DNA from: Octopus vulgaris
Taxonomy: Eukaryota
DNA: 64,000 nt
Assembly: GCA_951406725.2 (NCBI GenBank)
Contig: OX597830.1
Span: forward strand, 63,860,001-63,924,000
Direction of reading: 5' to 3'
Shown here: one piece after another, positions 1 through 13,934 of the stretch
Numbering within the stretch: position 1 is the first letter of the stretch
Layout: every line of letters starts with the position of its first letter
The notes under the pieces: generated by a model
What the model saw: the letters and a program-made list of their open reading frames with translations, nothing else
The model's database searches: none
Told to the model about the DNA's origin: nothing
Program-made: the position numbers and the translations under genes

Positions 1-537
1 AATGAAGTGTGGTATAATCTACGTAAGAGGAGGTGCTGTTTAAAATGACGAGTAAGACGTTGATGGATGTATCTGAAGAAAAGTGGGAGAAACAAAACTG
101 AATCTTGGGGCCCACCAAAGTCGACAAAGTCTGAGTCAAATAGAGCTCCGTCAACGCAGGCCTTGATAATTCAATGTTACCAGAAGGCACCAATCCAAAA
201 GACAATGAATGGGTATAACCCATAGGTGAGTAACTTTGAGATTCACGTACCAGATACCAGATGGGGGCAGCGACATTGCTTCCTCCGAATTCCTCGAGGG
301 TGAGAACCCACTGGTAAGATCAACTGAAAATCCTATGCTTATTGGCTCAAATCCACTCCGGTCCGGTTCAACAAATATGATGAATTATATGCACTTTAGT
401 GACCATATTAATGACCAATTATATGCACTTTACTGATTAACAAGTCCCTCATACCATACCTCTCCGGCCAGCTATACTTTTGACCTGCCGCATATTCAAC
501 CACCTAAAATACATATATGAAATTCTTTAGAAAGAAC

Positions 538-604
<67 letters not shown>

Positions 605-606
605 TA

Positions 607-674
<68 letters not shown>

Positions 675-681
675 AATAATG

Positions 682-749
<68 letters not shown>

Positions 750-750
750 T
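538..750 (+). repeat. (AAT)n microsatellite
   Basis: visible; source of the poly-Ile ORFs. Confidence 0.97.
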
Positions 751-1306
751 GCCCTGATGCAGTACCAGGCAGTGGCTCTCATGGCTTCTAATCTTAACTG
801 ATTGGAAGTGTTATCATGTACAGTGTTTTGTCTTGGTATAAAAGATGGGCTACAGCAAATATTCTGCTCAATACCACAGATTTGCTTATCAGTTGCTTGA
901 CCTTTAACCAGTTGAGCAAGTCCCTTAGTGGCTGACGATATGTGCATCTCTGATCACGAACAGAAGTAGTGGGGGAGCATCATAGCCATGTGTTGAGAGG
1001 GATTCTTTGGGGTTTGAATTATTCACCCCTGGGAACATGGGTGTTTCGTTCAACATCTGTAAACAACCTTTATTCAGGGACCTTTTGAGCGGGATGAGCT
1101 ACTCGGCCTGAAGAAAATTCTAACTGGGCCCCACCTGCAAGGTCATGCGCTGTTTATCTTGATATGAGATTACCATGTCGCACACACATGGTTGTGATGC
1201 ATGTGCCTAGTGTACCCTTATCAGACGGGTAGTCATGATGGGTATACTGGGCTTCGTATATTTTACCCCAGTGTCACTTTGATAGCATGCACTGCTCTCT
1301 CACTCA
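751..1306 (+). mobile_element. ~555-bp non-coding interspersed repeat sitting in (TAA)n/(TGA)n tracts; other copies 37945-38500(-), 43098-43655(-), 43885-44175(-, partial), 45688-46180(+), 58630-59184(+)
   Basis: same ends GCCCTGATGCAGTACC...CTCTCTCACTC(AAT)n in the copies; strand assigned by the TAA tail. Confidence 0.85.
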
Positions 1307-1344
1307 ATAATAATAATACTACTAATAATAATAAAATATAGTTG

Positions 1345-1860
<516 letters not shown>

Positions 1861-4850
1861 ACTGGAGGAGTAGAATTAAAACTGAGATTGAATCATTGCG
1901 AAGGGCGATATCAATATTAACTGAGCTAATCTCTGGAAATGGTGTAAGATCAAGAAAAGGCAGGAAGATTGTGAGAAAATATGGACTCTCAACAAGAGAA
2001 GAACAAGAAACACTTAAACAAAAAGTTCAAGCAAAAGCTCAGAGAATACGCAGATTTGAGAAAAGAATCAAATGCTACAAACAAAATAAGATGTTCAAAT
2101 CCAAAGCCAAATCATTTTACAGGGAAAGAAAAATTAACCATTGAAAATCCACCCCTAATGGAAGAAGTTGAAAACTTTTGGAAAGGGACCTGGAGTGATG
2201 AGAAACCATACAATGAAAATGCAGACTGGATCAAACCCATCCAAGACGCCGACAAAAATTTACAAGAACAGGTATGAGAAGACATCTCAATTGCCGACCT
2301 AAGGAGGGCACGAACGAAGGCTCATAAGTGGAAATCCCCTGGTATTGACAGAGTACCAAATTTCTGGCTCTCATCACTCTTGTCTGCACACAAAATGTTC
2401 GTAATACTATTTAATAGTATTATGAAAGACCCGGAAAAAACATCCCATTGGATGGCAAATGGTATTACTTACCTCCTCCCCAAAAATAACGAAACCAAAG
2501 ACCCAAAAAACCACCGACCTATACATGTTTGTCTACTACCTATAAGATTTTGACATCTATTCTAGTGGAGAAAACATATTCGTTTATGGAAGAGAATAAC
2601 CTCTTTCCCACTGAACAAAAAGGATGCAGACGAGGCTCATACGGATGCAAAGATCAGCTCCTAATTAATTGCATGATCCTTGAGAACTGCCATAACAAGC
2701 GCAGAAATCTCAGCTCTTCATGGATTGGTTAAAAAAGCCTTTGACAGCATACCACATTTCTGGATTCTTAAATCGCTGGACATTTTCAAAATTTCTCCTG
2801 TGATTTCAGATTTTTTTTAAAGTATAATATGTCACTATGGAGCACGAAGCTCCAATTGTATCATTCTAATGGAGTATTGCGCTCAAACAATATTAGCATA
2901 AACTGTGGCATTTTCCAAGATGACTCACTTTCACTTCTAATTTTCTGCATAGCACTAATACCACTCTCAAATGAACTGAATAGAACAGGATATGGCTACA
3001 AAATTGACAACAGGAAAATAAACCATCTGTTTTATATGGATGATTTAAAACTATTTGGCAAAGATAATGAAGAGCTTGAACGACTACTACATACTGTCAA
3101 AGTGATGATATCGGGATGGAGTTTGACCTTGAAAAGTGATCCAAAGCCACTTTTAAGAAAGGGAAATTGGTAAAGTCAAGTTCAATCGAATTAGATGTCG
3201 AAATAGTAATAAAGGAACTTGAGCAGGAACAAACCTATAAATACCTAGGAATAAATGAAGGCTCTGGTATCCAGCATGCAAGCATGAAAGAGAAGGTTAG
3301 GAAGGAATGTTATAGAAGAGTTCGAGCAGTCCTGAAGTCTGAGCTGAATGCATATAATAAGGTGTTAGCCATAAATTCCTTAGTAGTACCAGTTGTTCTT
3401 TATAGCTTCAATGTGCTTAACTGGAATACCTATTTCTTTACTACCCACAAGGGGCTACACACAGAGAGGACAAACAAGGACAGACGACCCCAGTGCGTAA
3501 CTGGTACTTATTTAATCGACCCCAAAAGGATGAAAGGCAAAGTCGACCTCGGCGGAATTTGAACTCAGAACGTAACGGCAGACGAAATACCGCAAAGCAT
3601 TTCGCCCGGCGTGCTAACGTTTCTGCCAGCTCACCGCCTTAACTGGAATACCAGTGAAATAATGAAAATTGATAGAAAAATCTGCAAGCTACTGACTTGT
3701 AATAGGATGCGCCATCCAAAAGCAGACGTGGACCGTCTTTACCTTCCCAAAGCTCAGGAAGGTTGAGGCTTGATCCAGCTTGAGCTTTCGTACAAAACCA
3801 CCACAAATGGATTGGCCAAATACCTTGAAACAACCAACGATTGGATGCTAAAACTTGTTGAAAACATGAAAAACCGAAAAAACTTCACCTTATTCTGAAA
3901 AAGAGCAAAAAATTCGTAACTGATCACTTAGATACCTACCAGATTGATCAGGTTGTAGGAAATGCGCCAACTGCTGCTGCAAAGAAAATAAAATTAATTG
4001 CAAAGACAAAAGCACATGAAAAATTAGCTACCAGGTGAGAACAGAAACCTCTGCATGGCAAGTATGTGGCTCGTAGCAAACAAGCTGATGTCGACCAGAA
4101 ACACACTCATCAATGGTTGCGAAGCTCAGGGCTAAAAGCAGAGAGTGAAGGTTTCATATTAGCTGCTCAAGACCAAAGCTTATTAATTCGGAACTACCAA
4201 GCCAATGTGATAAAAAATGGAGCTGATCCAAAATGCCGATTCTGTAACGATGAGATTGAAACTATAGACCACCTAATCTCAGGGTGTAGAGTTTTAGCAC
4301 CTGTAGAATATAAAGTAAGACATGACAGAGTCGGCCAGTATTTACACTGGACAATATGTCAGCATTATAAAATCAAAACCGCTGACAAATGGTATAAACA
4401 CCATCCTGAAGCTGTGACTGAGGGAGAAAATGTATCGATTCTATGGGACTTTCCTGTACATACGGACAAAACTATAAAAGCTAATAAACCGGATATTATT
4501 ATAAAAAATCGGACAAAAAAGGTGTGTTTATTAATTGACATGAACATTCATTGCGATCACAATATAGCGGCGAAAGAATTTGACAAGATCAGTAAATATA
4601 AAGACTTGCTAATAGAAATTGAAAAAATGTGGCATCTCAAGGCGACTACAGTACCAGTGATTGTAGGATCTCTAGGAATGTTAAAAGAGGTACTGAAACC
4701 TATTTGAAAATGATACCAGGCTTACCATCCCTACAGGAAGTGCAAAAAATTGTGTTAACTGGAACGACTCATGTACTGAGAAGGGCATTATCGCTGTAAA
4801 AACAACATCCATTCATGAATTTATTTATTTATTGATTTTTAAAATACATA
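1861..4850 (+). mobile_element. Degenerate R4/Dong-clade non-LTR retrotransposon (RT + CCHC + restriction-like endonuclease), 5'-truncated, frameshifted
   Basis: EQKGCRRGSYGCKDQL, GIFQDDSLS, HLFYMDDLKL, YKYLG, CRFC..ETIDHLISGC, RHD, KPDI..LID..KISKYKDL; preceded by (TAA)n(TGA)n. Confidence 0.92.
3431..3640 (-). mobile_element. tRNA-derived Meta/MESC-type SINE inserted in the R4/Dong LINE
   Basis: TSD TTAACTGGAATACC at 3417-3430 and 3639-3652; core GCCTTTCATCCTTT.GGGGTCGAT. Confidence 0.85.
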
Positions 4851-4857
4851 TTCAACC

Positions 4858-6900
4858 TGTGAATCTGCGTGTGCAATCTGGGAACGCCACGGAAAACGGG
4901 ACTGTGAGAATGGCCGCCAATAATTGGTCGACCCTATCGAAGGCTTTAGATTGGTCCAAATTGATCAGGGCCCCATCCATGCCAGCTTCTTTACTCGCCC
5001 TGTCTATGATGTATCGCATGAAGTGGAAGTTGTAGTGAATGAATCTGCTTGGAATGGCGCATATTTGGACATCACTAACTTCTTTGCTAACACCTTGACC
5101 AAAATTTTAAAGTCTGCGTCCAGCAGCGTTATGGGCCTGAAATTTTCTATATGATCCCCTTTGTTTGGGTCCTTTCTCAACAGTTCCACTGCTCCTCGAC
5201 TCACAGAACTAAGAATTTTTCCGTTCTGCTGCCATTTGCGGTAGATATCTGCTAAAAGGCCGCCAAACATGTCTAACATATAAAATAAAGCTCGTAGGAC
5301 GGACCATTTTGAGGAGGTTTTTGATGTTTTGTGGGAGCAGCCGTTGTTGTTGTTTGGGAAGTTTCTGATGCTGTTGTTGTTGTTGATGGCGGCGGTGGTG
5401 GTGGTGGTGGTGGTGGTGACGCTGCAGATACTTCAGTAATTGTTGTTTTCATGGCTGTTTTCGCAGCGGTTAGTTTCGGTCCTGTTGTTGGTAATGTTGT
5501 GGCCACCTCCTTCTGTTGGTGTGTTTCTCTTGTTACTGTTGTTGTTGTGCTGGTGATGATGGTGTCAGCAGGAATGTTGGTTTCCTTTATTGTGAGTGAA
5601 AGGGTTTGAAGTGATTTGTGTTCTCGCACACGTGACATTTCGACCTTCTGTCTTCAACAGCCACGTGAAGTTTTGTGCTTTCAGGTAGGTAGGGTTATAA
5701 CACCCGGGATGGCCTCGACACTCTGATGATCCACCTGTATTAACAGCTGCATAACCTCACTTAACCAGTTCTGCTTCTGTAGTCTTTGTATCTACAGAAT
5801 ACTGGTTTTCTCTTTTATGTCGAAGCGAACCGCTTCCACCAACCAGCAGATGTTGATTTCTGGTGATATATTTATCATCATTATTTTAAATACCCTTCGG
5901 TCAACGTAAATGGGGATGAGGATGAGATCGTTACTCGTTCGGGTGGCTGTTGAGTGATTTTTAACCTCTGCCTCTGAAGCGAACCTTACATTGACAGTTC
6001 CATACTTTTCCAAAGTGGTCGCAGACATTCTCCTATCTGCCGGTGCGTTTGCCTGCTCTAATCTCCTAATTTTTGTTCCAGTTGTTTTACATAGAACTAT
6101 CCGGATGTTAGCTTCTTGCTGGACTGATCTAGAGACAGTCAATGACACATTACGCCTACATTTCTCTAACATACATTTTGCACTTTTATATTCATTTTCA
6201 TTTACAAAAATTTCTATATAGTTATTGACAGCATTGCGTCGGCGAAATCGCTGACAGCAGATTTGCATGGTCCCTTTTCCTTGTTCTTGCTCCTTTTTTC
6301 GTAAATGATATTGGCTGTGATGGTGAGTTAGCTATTGCCACCGGTTGTAGTGTTCTCGTTAGTATTGTTGATACTTTTCCTGTGCCATTGACCGCTTTTG
6401 TTGTTCCTGTGGTGGTGATGGTAGTACTGAAAGCAAAGGCGGCGAGGTGGCAGAAACGTTAGCACGCCGGGCGAAATGCTTAGCGGTATTTCGTCTGCCG
6501 TTACGTTCTGAGTTCAAATTCCGCCGAGGTCGACTTTGCCTTTCATCCTTTCGGGGTCGATAAATAAAGTACCAGTTTGGCACTGGGGTCGATGTAATCG
6601 ACTTAATACCTATGTCTGTCCTTGTTTGTCCCCTCTATGTTTAGCCCCTGGTGGGTAGTAAAGAAATAGGTAGTACTGAAAGCAGCGGTTAGTTACTTTC
6701 ATACATTTCACGATTTGTATTGTTGTTGTTACTGCTGCTGGTGCAGTCATTGAGTTTTTCAATTTGGCTGTTCTGCTGTGCAAATGACTAGCTGCTCTTT
6801 TCAGCGGAGGAACAATCCTCGTCCGCCATCTTTCTTTTTAAAACAAAAATTGAGGGGAGTCTTAGGTTAAACAAACCCCAATTTAGCGCCGAAGAGCTAC
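4858..6900 (-). mobile_element. Internally deleted Tx1/L1-clade LINE: ORF1 remnant (~5600-6830) followed by RT segment (4858-5300)
   Basis: ENFRPITLLDADFKILVKVLAKKL and LDQSKAFDRVD on minus strand; CHVC..NH knuckle near 5610-5640; no APE domain between. Confidence 0.75.
6436..6668 (+). mobile_element. Full-length Meta/MESC-type tRNA SINE (many further copies, e.g. 12505-12740, 23717-23932, 29280-29720, 35888-36108, 58035-58620, 61350-61745, 62990-63210)
   Basis: B box GAGTTCAAATTCC; TSD GGTAGTACTGAAAGCA at 6420 and 6669. Confidence 0.9.
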
Positions 6901-7117
6901 AAAAGGGGAAAAACTGAGTCTCTAAGGTCCTGATTAATTTACCTATATAACGATAACAAATGTACGATGTATAACTTTGTGTTACAATATAAATAAGAAG
7001 CTTACGGGAGAGATGTGCAATACACGCCGTTAAGCCTTTCGCCCGGCGCGCTAACGATTCTGCCAGCGCGCCGCCTTAATAATAATAACAACAATAGCAA
7101 TAAGAAACAACAACAGT

Positions 7118-7305
7118 GGAGGCGCAATGGCCCAGTGGTTAGGGCAGCGGACTCGCGGTCGTAAGAACGCGGTTTCGATTCCCAGACCGGGCATTGTGAG
7201 TGTTTATTGAGCAAAAACACCTAAGCTCCACGAAACTCCTGCGGTCGGGGTGTGAACCCCGCTGTACTCTTTCACCACAACTTTCTCTCACTCTTTCTTC
7301 CTACT
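7118..7305 (+). mobile_element. tRNA-derived SINE (second copy 26417-26570)
   Basis: A box TGGCCCAGTGG, B box GGTTTCGATTCC. Confidence 0.75.
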
Positions 7306-8204
7306 TTTGCCACAAAACAGAGAAACCATGGTGTAACCCACTATGGTGTGGTAAACTTTCAGACTCTAGTCTAGATTGCGAATCCTCTATACCCCAGGAT
7401 GGTTCAGCTCTTCACCCGTTAAAAGCCACCGTGTACGGAATGAGGATAACAACGTAGCTTTCGCGCCCGTGCAACTGCCAGTCTATCGCGTGTGCTGGGT
7501 GGGTCTACAAGTTGCCACACGCACTCTTAGTAGCTTAGAGTAGGCTCGAATTAGAGATTATTCTTTGTGGATAATGGCGTGAGTCCTGATGCGAATTAAA
7601 CTTCACGCTAAACTCCTGATAAATAGCATTATTAAAGCACACAGAAACAGCTCTAACTTATACCGCACCATAAATACCTAGGCTATGGATGTAACTGCCC
7701 AACTAAAGATAGAAAGCTGCGTGCACCGCTTCACCGGACACACTTTTTATATTCATGTCAAGAAACAGAAAGTTAATTCCCTCCCCAGTTTTAAATATAG
7801 TTTAATCAACCTCTTTTGAGCGAATTGGGTATCGAATTCTTATCGCTACTAACCTCAAAATTAAAAATACTACAAGATTAAAACAATGGGAACTTTAGCA
7901 CCAGATGGCTTCCTGACATGAAAAACAAATCATTCTGCAGACTTTTCCGATTCAATATTTAAAAAAATCTTTTTACTTGTTTCAGTCATTTGACTGTGGC
8001 CACGCTGGGGCATCGCTTTGAAAATGTTTTAGCCGAATGAATCGATCCCAGTACTTTTTAAAGCCTGGTGCTTATTCTATCGGTCTCTTTTGCCGAAGCG
8101 CTAGGTTACGGGGACGTAAACACGCTAACACCGTTAGTGGCAGGGGAGACAAACACAGGCACATAGACGCACACACATACATACATATATGTGTGTGTGT
8201 GTGT

Positions 8205-8340
8205 ATAAATTATAATAAGGGTGCTGAATGATTTCAACACCAGTCCAATAGAAATAGACCCCCAGATGGTTCATGGACCATCTGGGGTCTATTTCTAGCA
8301 GACAGGTGTTGTAATTATTCAACACCCTTATTATAATTTT
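8205..8340. repeat. Imperfect inverted repeat (~65-bp arms)
   Basis: aattataataagggtg..tagaaatagacccc..agatggt / accatctggggtctatttcta..cacccttattataatt, centre ~8272. Confidence 0.8.
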
Positions 8341-8496
8341 AATATAAATTAACCATTATGGTATTTTTAGTATGCTGGCCACTGATAAATCATTAAATAA
8401 TAATGATTTTATCCTAATTATGCATATATGTATGTACGTAATGTGACCTCGTGTGTACCGTTGGCGATTTTTTTCCTCTGTCTTCCCTTCTCCTAT

Positions 8497-8531
8497 GTTT
8501 CCGACGAAGAGCTCCGCTCGAAACGTTAAAC
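8497..8531 (+). ncRNA. Minimal type-I hammerhead ribozyme motif (U4C variant)
   Basis: GTTT-CCGACGA-A-GAGC(tcc)GCTC-GAAA-CG-TT-AAAC. Confidence 0.7.
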
Positions 8532-8618
8532 CCTCCTTCTTTCCTGAGCGTCCAATAATACTATATTTGTTCCACGTCCTCGCGTTGTTGTGTTTTTTTT
8601 TGTGCTTTTTGTTTGGAT

Positions 8619-8677
<59 letters not shown>

Positions 8678-8799
8678 CCAAATCTACTGACAAGGCTTTG
8701 GTCGGCCCGAAGTCATAATTGAAGATACTTGTTCTATATACCACACTATTCCTCATTGGACAAGAGTGTTTGTTAGACAATACTCTACAACCGAAACCT

Positions 8800-9150
8800 C
8801 ATGCCTATACAACTTCACTTCAACAGCAACAGTCAACATGTAATAATCGAAATCCCTGCATGACTTACCAAAAGTAATCATGTCTTTCTAAGACAGTAAT
8901 ATATCAATTAGTTGGCGATATCGAAAGGAATTACGCAAGACTTACTGCGAACACTTTCAAAAGCCATTATCACTTGCATCTATATTCATTTCAATCAAGA
9001 AACGGGGAAAAATTTCTGTTACAATTCGGCTGAGAATTTTGGGAACAAGAATCTGAATACCTCCAATAATATGGAACAGCGTCGATAAAGCCACTGCGAA
9101 TTTCATCGGATTGCAAAACTGTTGGATTGTCTAATGAAAAAAAAAAGGAA
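8800..9150 (+). mobile_element. Highly degenerate Penelope-like GIY-YIG endonuclease remnant
   Basis: broken frames read C..RNPC..CLSKTVIYQ...NYARLTANTFKSHY..H..IIWNSVDKA, resembling the PLE C-L-xx-VIY..YIG.T..FK.R..H pattern. Confidence 0.5.
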
Positions 9151-12097
9151 GTTGTTGCGCATACATACATACTGACACACATCACTATCTTTTTCAAAGA
9201 TTCGCTTCGTAGATATATATGTGATGTGTGTATGTGTGTGCGCCCACCACCTGTTTTCCCACATTAAATTTTGATATTGACGTAATTGACGCCATTTGAG
9301 AGAGTATTTGTAAAAAAATTCATTAAAAAATACCAAATATTCTGAAAGTTATGAGGAAACGCAGTCAACTTGGGTGAATTTCCTATAACTCTTCTCCTCA
9401 CCCTTCAGACAAGTTTTTCACAGCAAATTTCGCTATAATTGGTATCTACACTATCTGAAGCGTATATGTAGAAAATTTCTTTAAAAAAAATATCAATTTT
9501 TCAGAAAGTTATAAGGAAACACAATCGGAGGGGTACACTTGCGTAGGTGTACCTATATATATATATATTATATATATATATATATATACATACCATGAAT
9601 GTAGAGTCTAATTTATTCTATGGACGGTTCTCAATTGGGCTGCATATGATGAATGTAGCTCCAGTTTAATCTAGCGCTGTACGACACAAATATATTGTGA
9701 ACGCATGTCTTTTTTTTTAGAGAATCTAACATGTGTTGCTTCAATTACGATCCAGTAAGAGTTAGCACGGCGCAAGGGAGATCCAACGTGTGTGGTTCCT
9801 TTAATGACAATCCAACCTACGACATGTCTGCTTCAAAATTTATTGCTACCTGTTTGTTTTTTATTTACTTTTCACGTATATTGCATTAATTTTGAGTTAA
9901 AAACAACAGAAAAACTAAAAACGAACTCGAGAGACCTCAGAATAGACATAGAGGAAAGAATGAAAAAGAAGAAAAAGGAAAATATAGAAATACACACACA
10001 TTCATACATTACTTATAAGGAAAAATAAAGACAGCAGCGAAAGCAAAAGGTAAATTCTGATTAGCTAGAATATGTGGATTCCTTATTAAAGCAGTTATAT
10101 GTGTCACCAAGAGATATTTTCAGTGAATCTCTAAGAGAATGGTAAAGAAAAGAACAAAAAAATACTTTGGAAACAAAACTTGGAATGGTTTTGCTGATTA
10201 ATTAACGTCTGGGGGATTGTCTTGGCTTTTTTCTGCTTCGCTGTGTTGACGAAGATGACGCTGACTAAAAGGTAAGTGACAATTATAACTTATATAAGAA
10301 GGTTGATAGAGTGCAGACGAAGCTGGATACGACATACAAACCGCAGCGACGTTGGAGCTGGTTTGCAGCTTCGTAATTAGATGTACGACTAACTGGCTTC
10401 ATAGATTCATTGCACGAACGCGTTCACGTGCAACCCCCTCTCTCTCTCTTTCTGTCTGTCTGTTACACACACACACACACATACACATTTACACTCCCGC
10501 TCATCTATGTACAAACACGTATGCCTATAAACAGACATGCATGTCTACACAGACACACACACACACCAATTTTTTTTCCTTCGGTCTACGCACATATACA
10601 CGCTCAAATCATCCATCTACACACAAACACGTATATCTCTAAACATGCACACCTAAATAAAAGCACACACACACACACAGTCATTTACTTCAATCTGCCC
10701 ATACACACAGAAAAGCACACATCTCATTTCTCTCTCAACACACACACACAAGCATGCACATCTAATCCTTCATTTCCCTCAACACACACACACATCGTTT
10801 TTCAATTCAACAACACGAAAAACATTGATAACGCTGAGTAATTCTTCACAGTTAAGTTCCCTCTCCAAGAATTTCCAGTTACTTCTCCCAAGACAATTAG
10901 ATTTCACACGTCCTTCCAAGGTGTTACCAATCAACAACAACAACAACAACAAAACATGAAGGGCCACACAACTGCCTTTGACTAAATATTTTTTCAACAA
11001 AATATACTGTTTTCAACAAATATGAGATCGGTTTTCCATGAAACACCAATATAGACGGTGTCTATAAATTCCCTTTACAATTTGAAAAATAAAATGCAGA
11101 AAAAATTGAAAATAAGGGTAATTCAGCAGAGTTTATTGGAAAACCGTGTGGTAAGAAGCTTGCTTCCCAACTACAGGGTTCTGGATTCAGTCCCACTGCA
11201 TGCCGCCTTGGGTGTCTTTTACTATATAGCCTTATGTTTACCAAAACCTTGTAAGTGGATTTGGTAGACAAACACTGAAAGAAGACCATCATGTATATCA
11301 TCATCATCATCATCATTCGCCGTCTGTTTTTAAAGCTGGCATGGTTAGACAGCTTGACAAGAGCTGGTAAGGCCAAGGGGCCGCACCAGGTTTCACAGTC
11401 TTGTTTCGGTTTGGTTTCGACAGCTGGGTGCTCTTCCTAATGCCAACCACTTTACAGAGTGTATTGGGTGCTTTTTGTGTGTCACCATCACCAGTATTTT
11501 TTATGTGGCTCCTGGGTTTTAGGATATCAGTTTTGTGGTGATGAGTATGTGTGTGTGTGTGTGTGTGTGTGAGTGTGTATCTTTGTTCCCCACCACTGCT
11601 AGACAACCGATGCTGATGTGTTTATGTCCCCGTAACTTAGCAGTTCAGCAAAAGGGCCCGATAAAATAAGTACTAGGTTTAAAAGGAAAAGTCATGTTGT
11701 TGATTTGTTCAACTAAAATTCTTCAAGGTGTTGCCCCAGCATGGCCGCAGTCTAATAACTGAAGCAAATGAAAATAGTTTTAATTAGAAACATCAGAACA
11801 CTTCCACATGGGCCCCATTGGTTGCAAGCAATTGGTGAGTTACCCCCTTTTTTAATTCTCTTTCCGAGTGTTTGAAATTGTAAAGGTAATTTATGGCCAG
11901 CCTGTTCCTAGGCTGTGTATTTAAAAACCTCACTTTGCAAACACATGACTTTGGGATCACTCCCACAGTATGGCATCTCAGGCAAGAGTCTTCTGTTATG
12001 GTCCTGGGTCAACCAATGCCTTGAGTGAATTTTATGGATGATGGAAACTGAAAGAAGCCTGTTGGATTTATGTTTGTGTGTGTATACATATATACAT

Positions 12098-12154
<57 letters not shown>

Positions 12155-12159
<5 letters not shown>

Positions 12160-13080
12160 TAATAAAAAGGGTTCGGCAAAAGAATTGCGTCGCCGCATAC
12201 CGAAGTTCAGAAATAGCAGCCAAAATCTTAGTCATTTCTTCTACTTTAAAAAGGGTCTTCCAGAGAACTCAAAATACTTGAAGTTTAAACACACAGGCAG
12301 AGGGTAAAGCAAACGAAAATCGATATCTGATCATCCATAGACGCGCGTCTCTGAATTAGGTCATACGTAAAGAATATTAAAAAATATATACTTTACCAAC
12401 CGTATTCTTCATCAGTATGGATACTCTGTTATAATCTGGAGGTACTAGAACATCTGAACGAATTAATTCATATAACGGTGTAGGCCGTTTGCATTCGATG
12501 TTAGTACCTATTTCTTTATTACACACAAGGAGCTAAACACAGAGGGGACAAACAAGGACAGACATAGGTATTAAGTCGATTACATCGACCCCAGTGCGTA
12601 ACTGGTACATAATTTATCGACCCCGAAAGGATGAAAGGCAAAGTCGACCTCGGCGGAATTTGAACTCACAACGTAACGCAGACGAAATACCGCTAAGCAT
12701 TTCGCCCGGCGTTCTAACGTTTCTGCCAGCTCGCCGCCTTACCGCCAGATTCAAAACACGAATGAAAGCCGTTCAGCCTCCCTCGCCCTTCCACGTGTGT
12801 CTCCAAGTAAAATGCTACACATTCTCAGGGAGAAAGTTCTATTATCAATAATAACAAAGGGTAAAATTAATTAATTAAGAAGTAATCAATAAATTTCACC
12901 AAGTAGGATTCGGTATGAAAACAGGACCGCTAACACGGTAAATTTTAGTAATACTAATAAAAAGGGTTCGGCAAAAGAATTGCGTCGCCGCATACCGAAG
13001 TTCAGAAATAGCAGCCAAAATCTTAGCCATTTCTTCTACTTTAAAAAGGACACAGGCAGAGGGTAAAGCAAACGAAAATT
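12155..13080. repeat. Direct repeat of ~130-165 bp (12155-12320 / 12950-13080) flanking the hammerhead region, between microsatellites
   Basis: atactaataaaaagggttcggcaaaagaattgcgtcgccgcatacc...aaacgaaaat occurs twice; pLTR-like arrangement. Confidence 0.75.
12333..12422 (-). ncRNA. Type-I hammerhead ribozyme motif with long stem II
   Basis: minus strand: ATCCATA-CTGATGA-A-GAAT...ATTC-A-GAGA-CGCGCG-TC-TATGGAT (7-bp perfect stem I; GAAA mutated to GAGA). Confidence 0.72.
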
Positions 13081-13469
13081 TTATACATATACATACATAG
13101 ACATATACATACATACATACACATAGACATATACATACACACATACACATACTTACATGCATACATGCACATACGTACATACACACATATGCATACATAC
13201 ACATACATACAGACATGCATACACTTATATACACATACATACACACACATACATACATGCACATACACACATACATTACATACGTACAGACATGCACATA
13301 CACATGCATACACACACATACATACATGCACACACACATAGTAGGTTTCGAGAATATATCACCTTAATATCTCTTTTCTCATATTTTATGCCTAAGACAT
13401 GTATTTTCTATTCTGGTTTTTATATACCTCCTTCTATTAGTACTTTATATTTATATCTATATATATAAA

Positions 13470-13615
13470 TATAAGTAGCTTCATTATGAACCACATGATT
13501 ACGGGTTCAGTCACACTGCGTGGCACCTTGGGCAAGTGTCTTCTACTATAGCCTCGGGCCGACCAATGCCTTGTGAGTGGATTTGGTAGACGGAAACTGA
13601 AAGAAGCCCGTCGTA
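13470..13615 (+). mobile_element. CORE-type tRNA SINE (copies also at 35645-35810, 49055-49220(-), 52220-52380(-), 11140-11290)
   Basis: GGTTCAGTC.CAC..CACCTTGGGCAAGT CORE-like motif. Confidence 0.75.
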
Positions 13616-13934
13616 TATATGTATATATATGTGTGTGTGTGTGTGTGTATGTTTATGTGTCAGTGATACATAGTGATACACACAGATAGAGATACACATA
13701 CAGACACGGACATACATACATACAGATATACATATATACAGACATACATACATACAGGCATAAATACATACACAGACATACACACACATATATTCTACAC
13801 AAACGTACATACACACACACACGTACATACATACACATGCATACATACAGACATGCACAAAACAAACATTCACAAACATACATACGCATACATGCACATG
13901 CATACATACTTGCATATATCTACATGCACATTTT

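Noticed and set aside
236-436. 66-aa ORF in non-repetitive-looking sequence (1-500; also unexplained 7310-7950)
   Set aside because: No recognisable motif or consistent exon structure.
751-810. U2 snRNA-like words (CCTGGTACTGCA, ATCAGTT) at one end of the 555-bp repeat
   Set aside because: Matches are too short and lack the Sm site and branch-pairing sequence.
504-947. Poly-Ile ORFs (and poly-K/S/T/V and HTHT/YIYI ORFs elsewhere)
   Set aside because: Translations of microsatellites.
6359-6583. Recurrent 'NWY.IYRPRKDERQSRPR' and 'MLAWVGRFD' ORFs as a peptide family
   Set aside because: Translations of SINE copies, with variable frames and stops.
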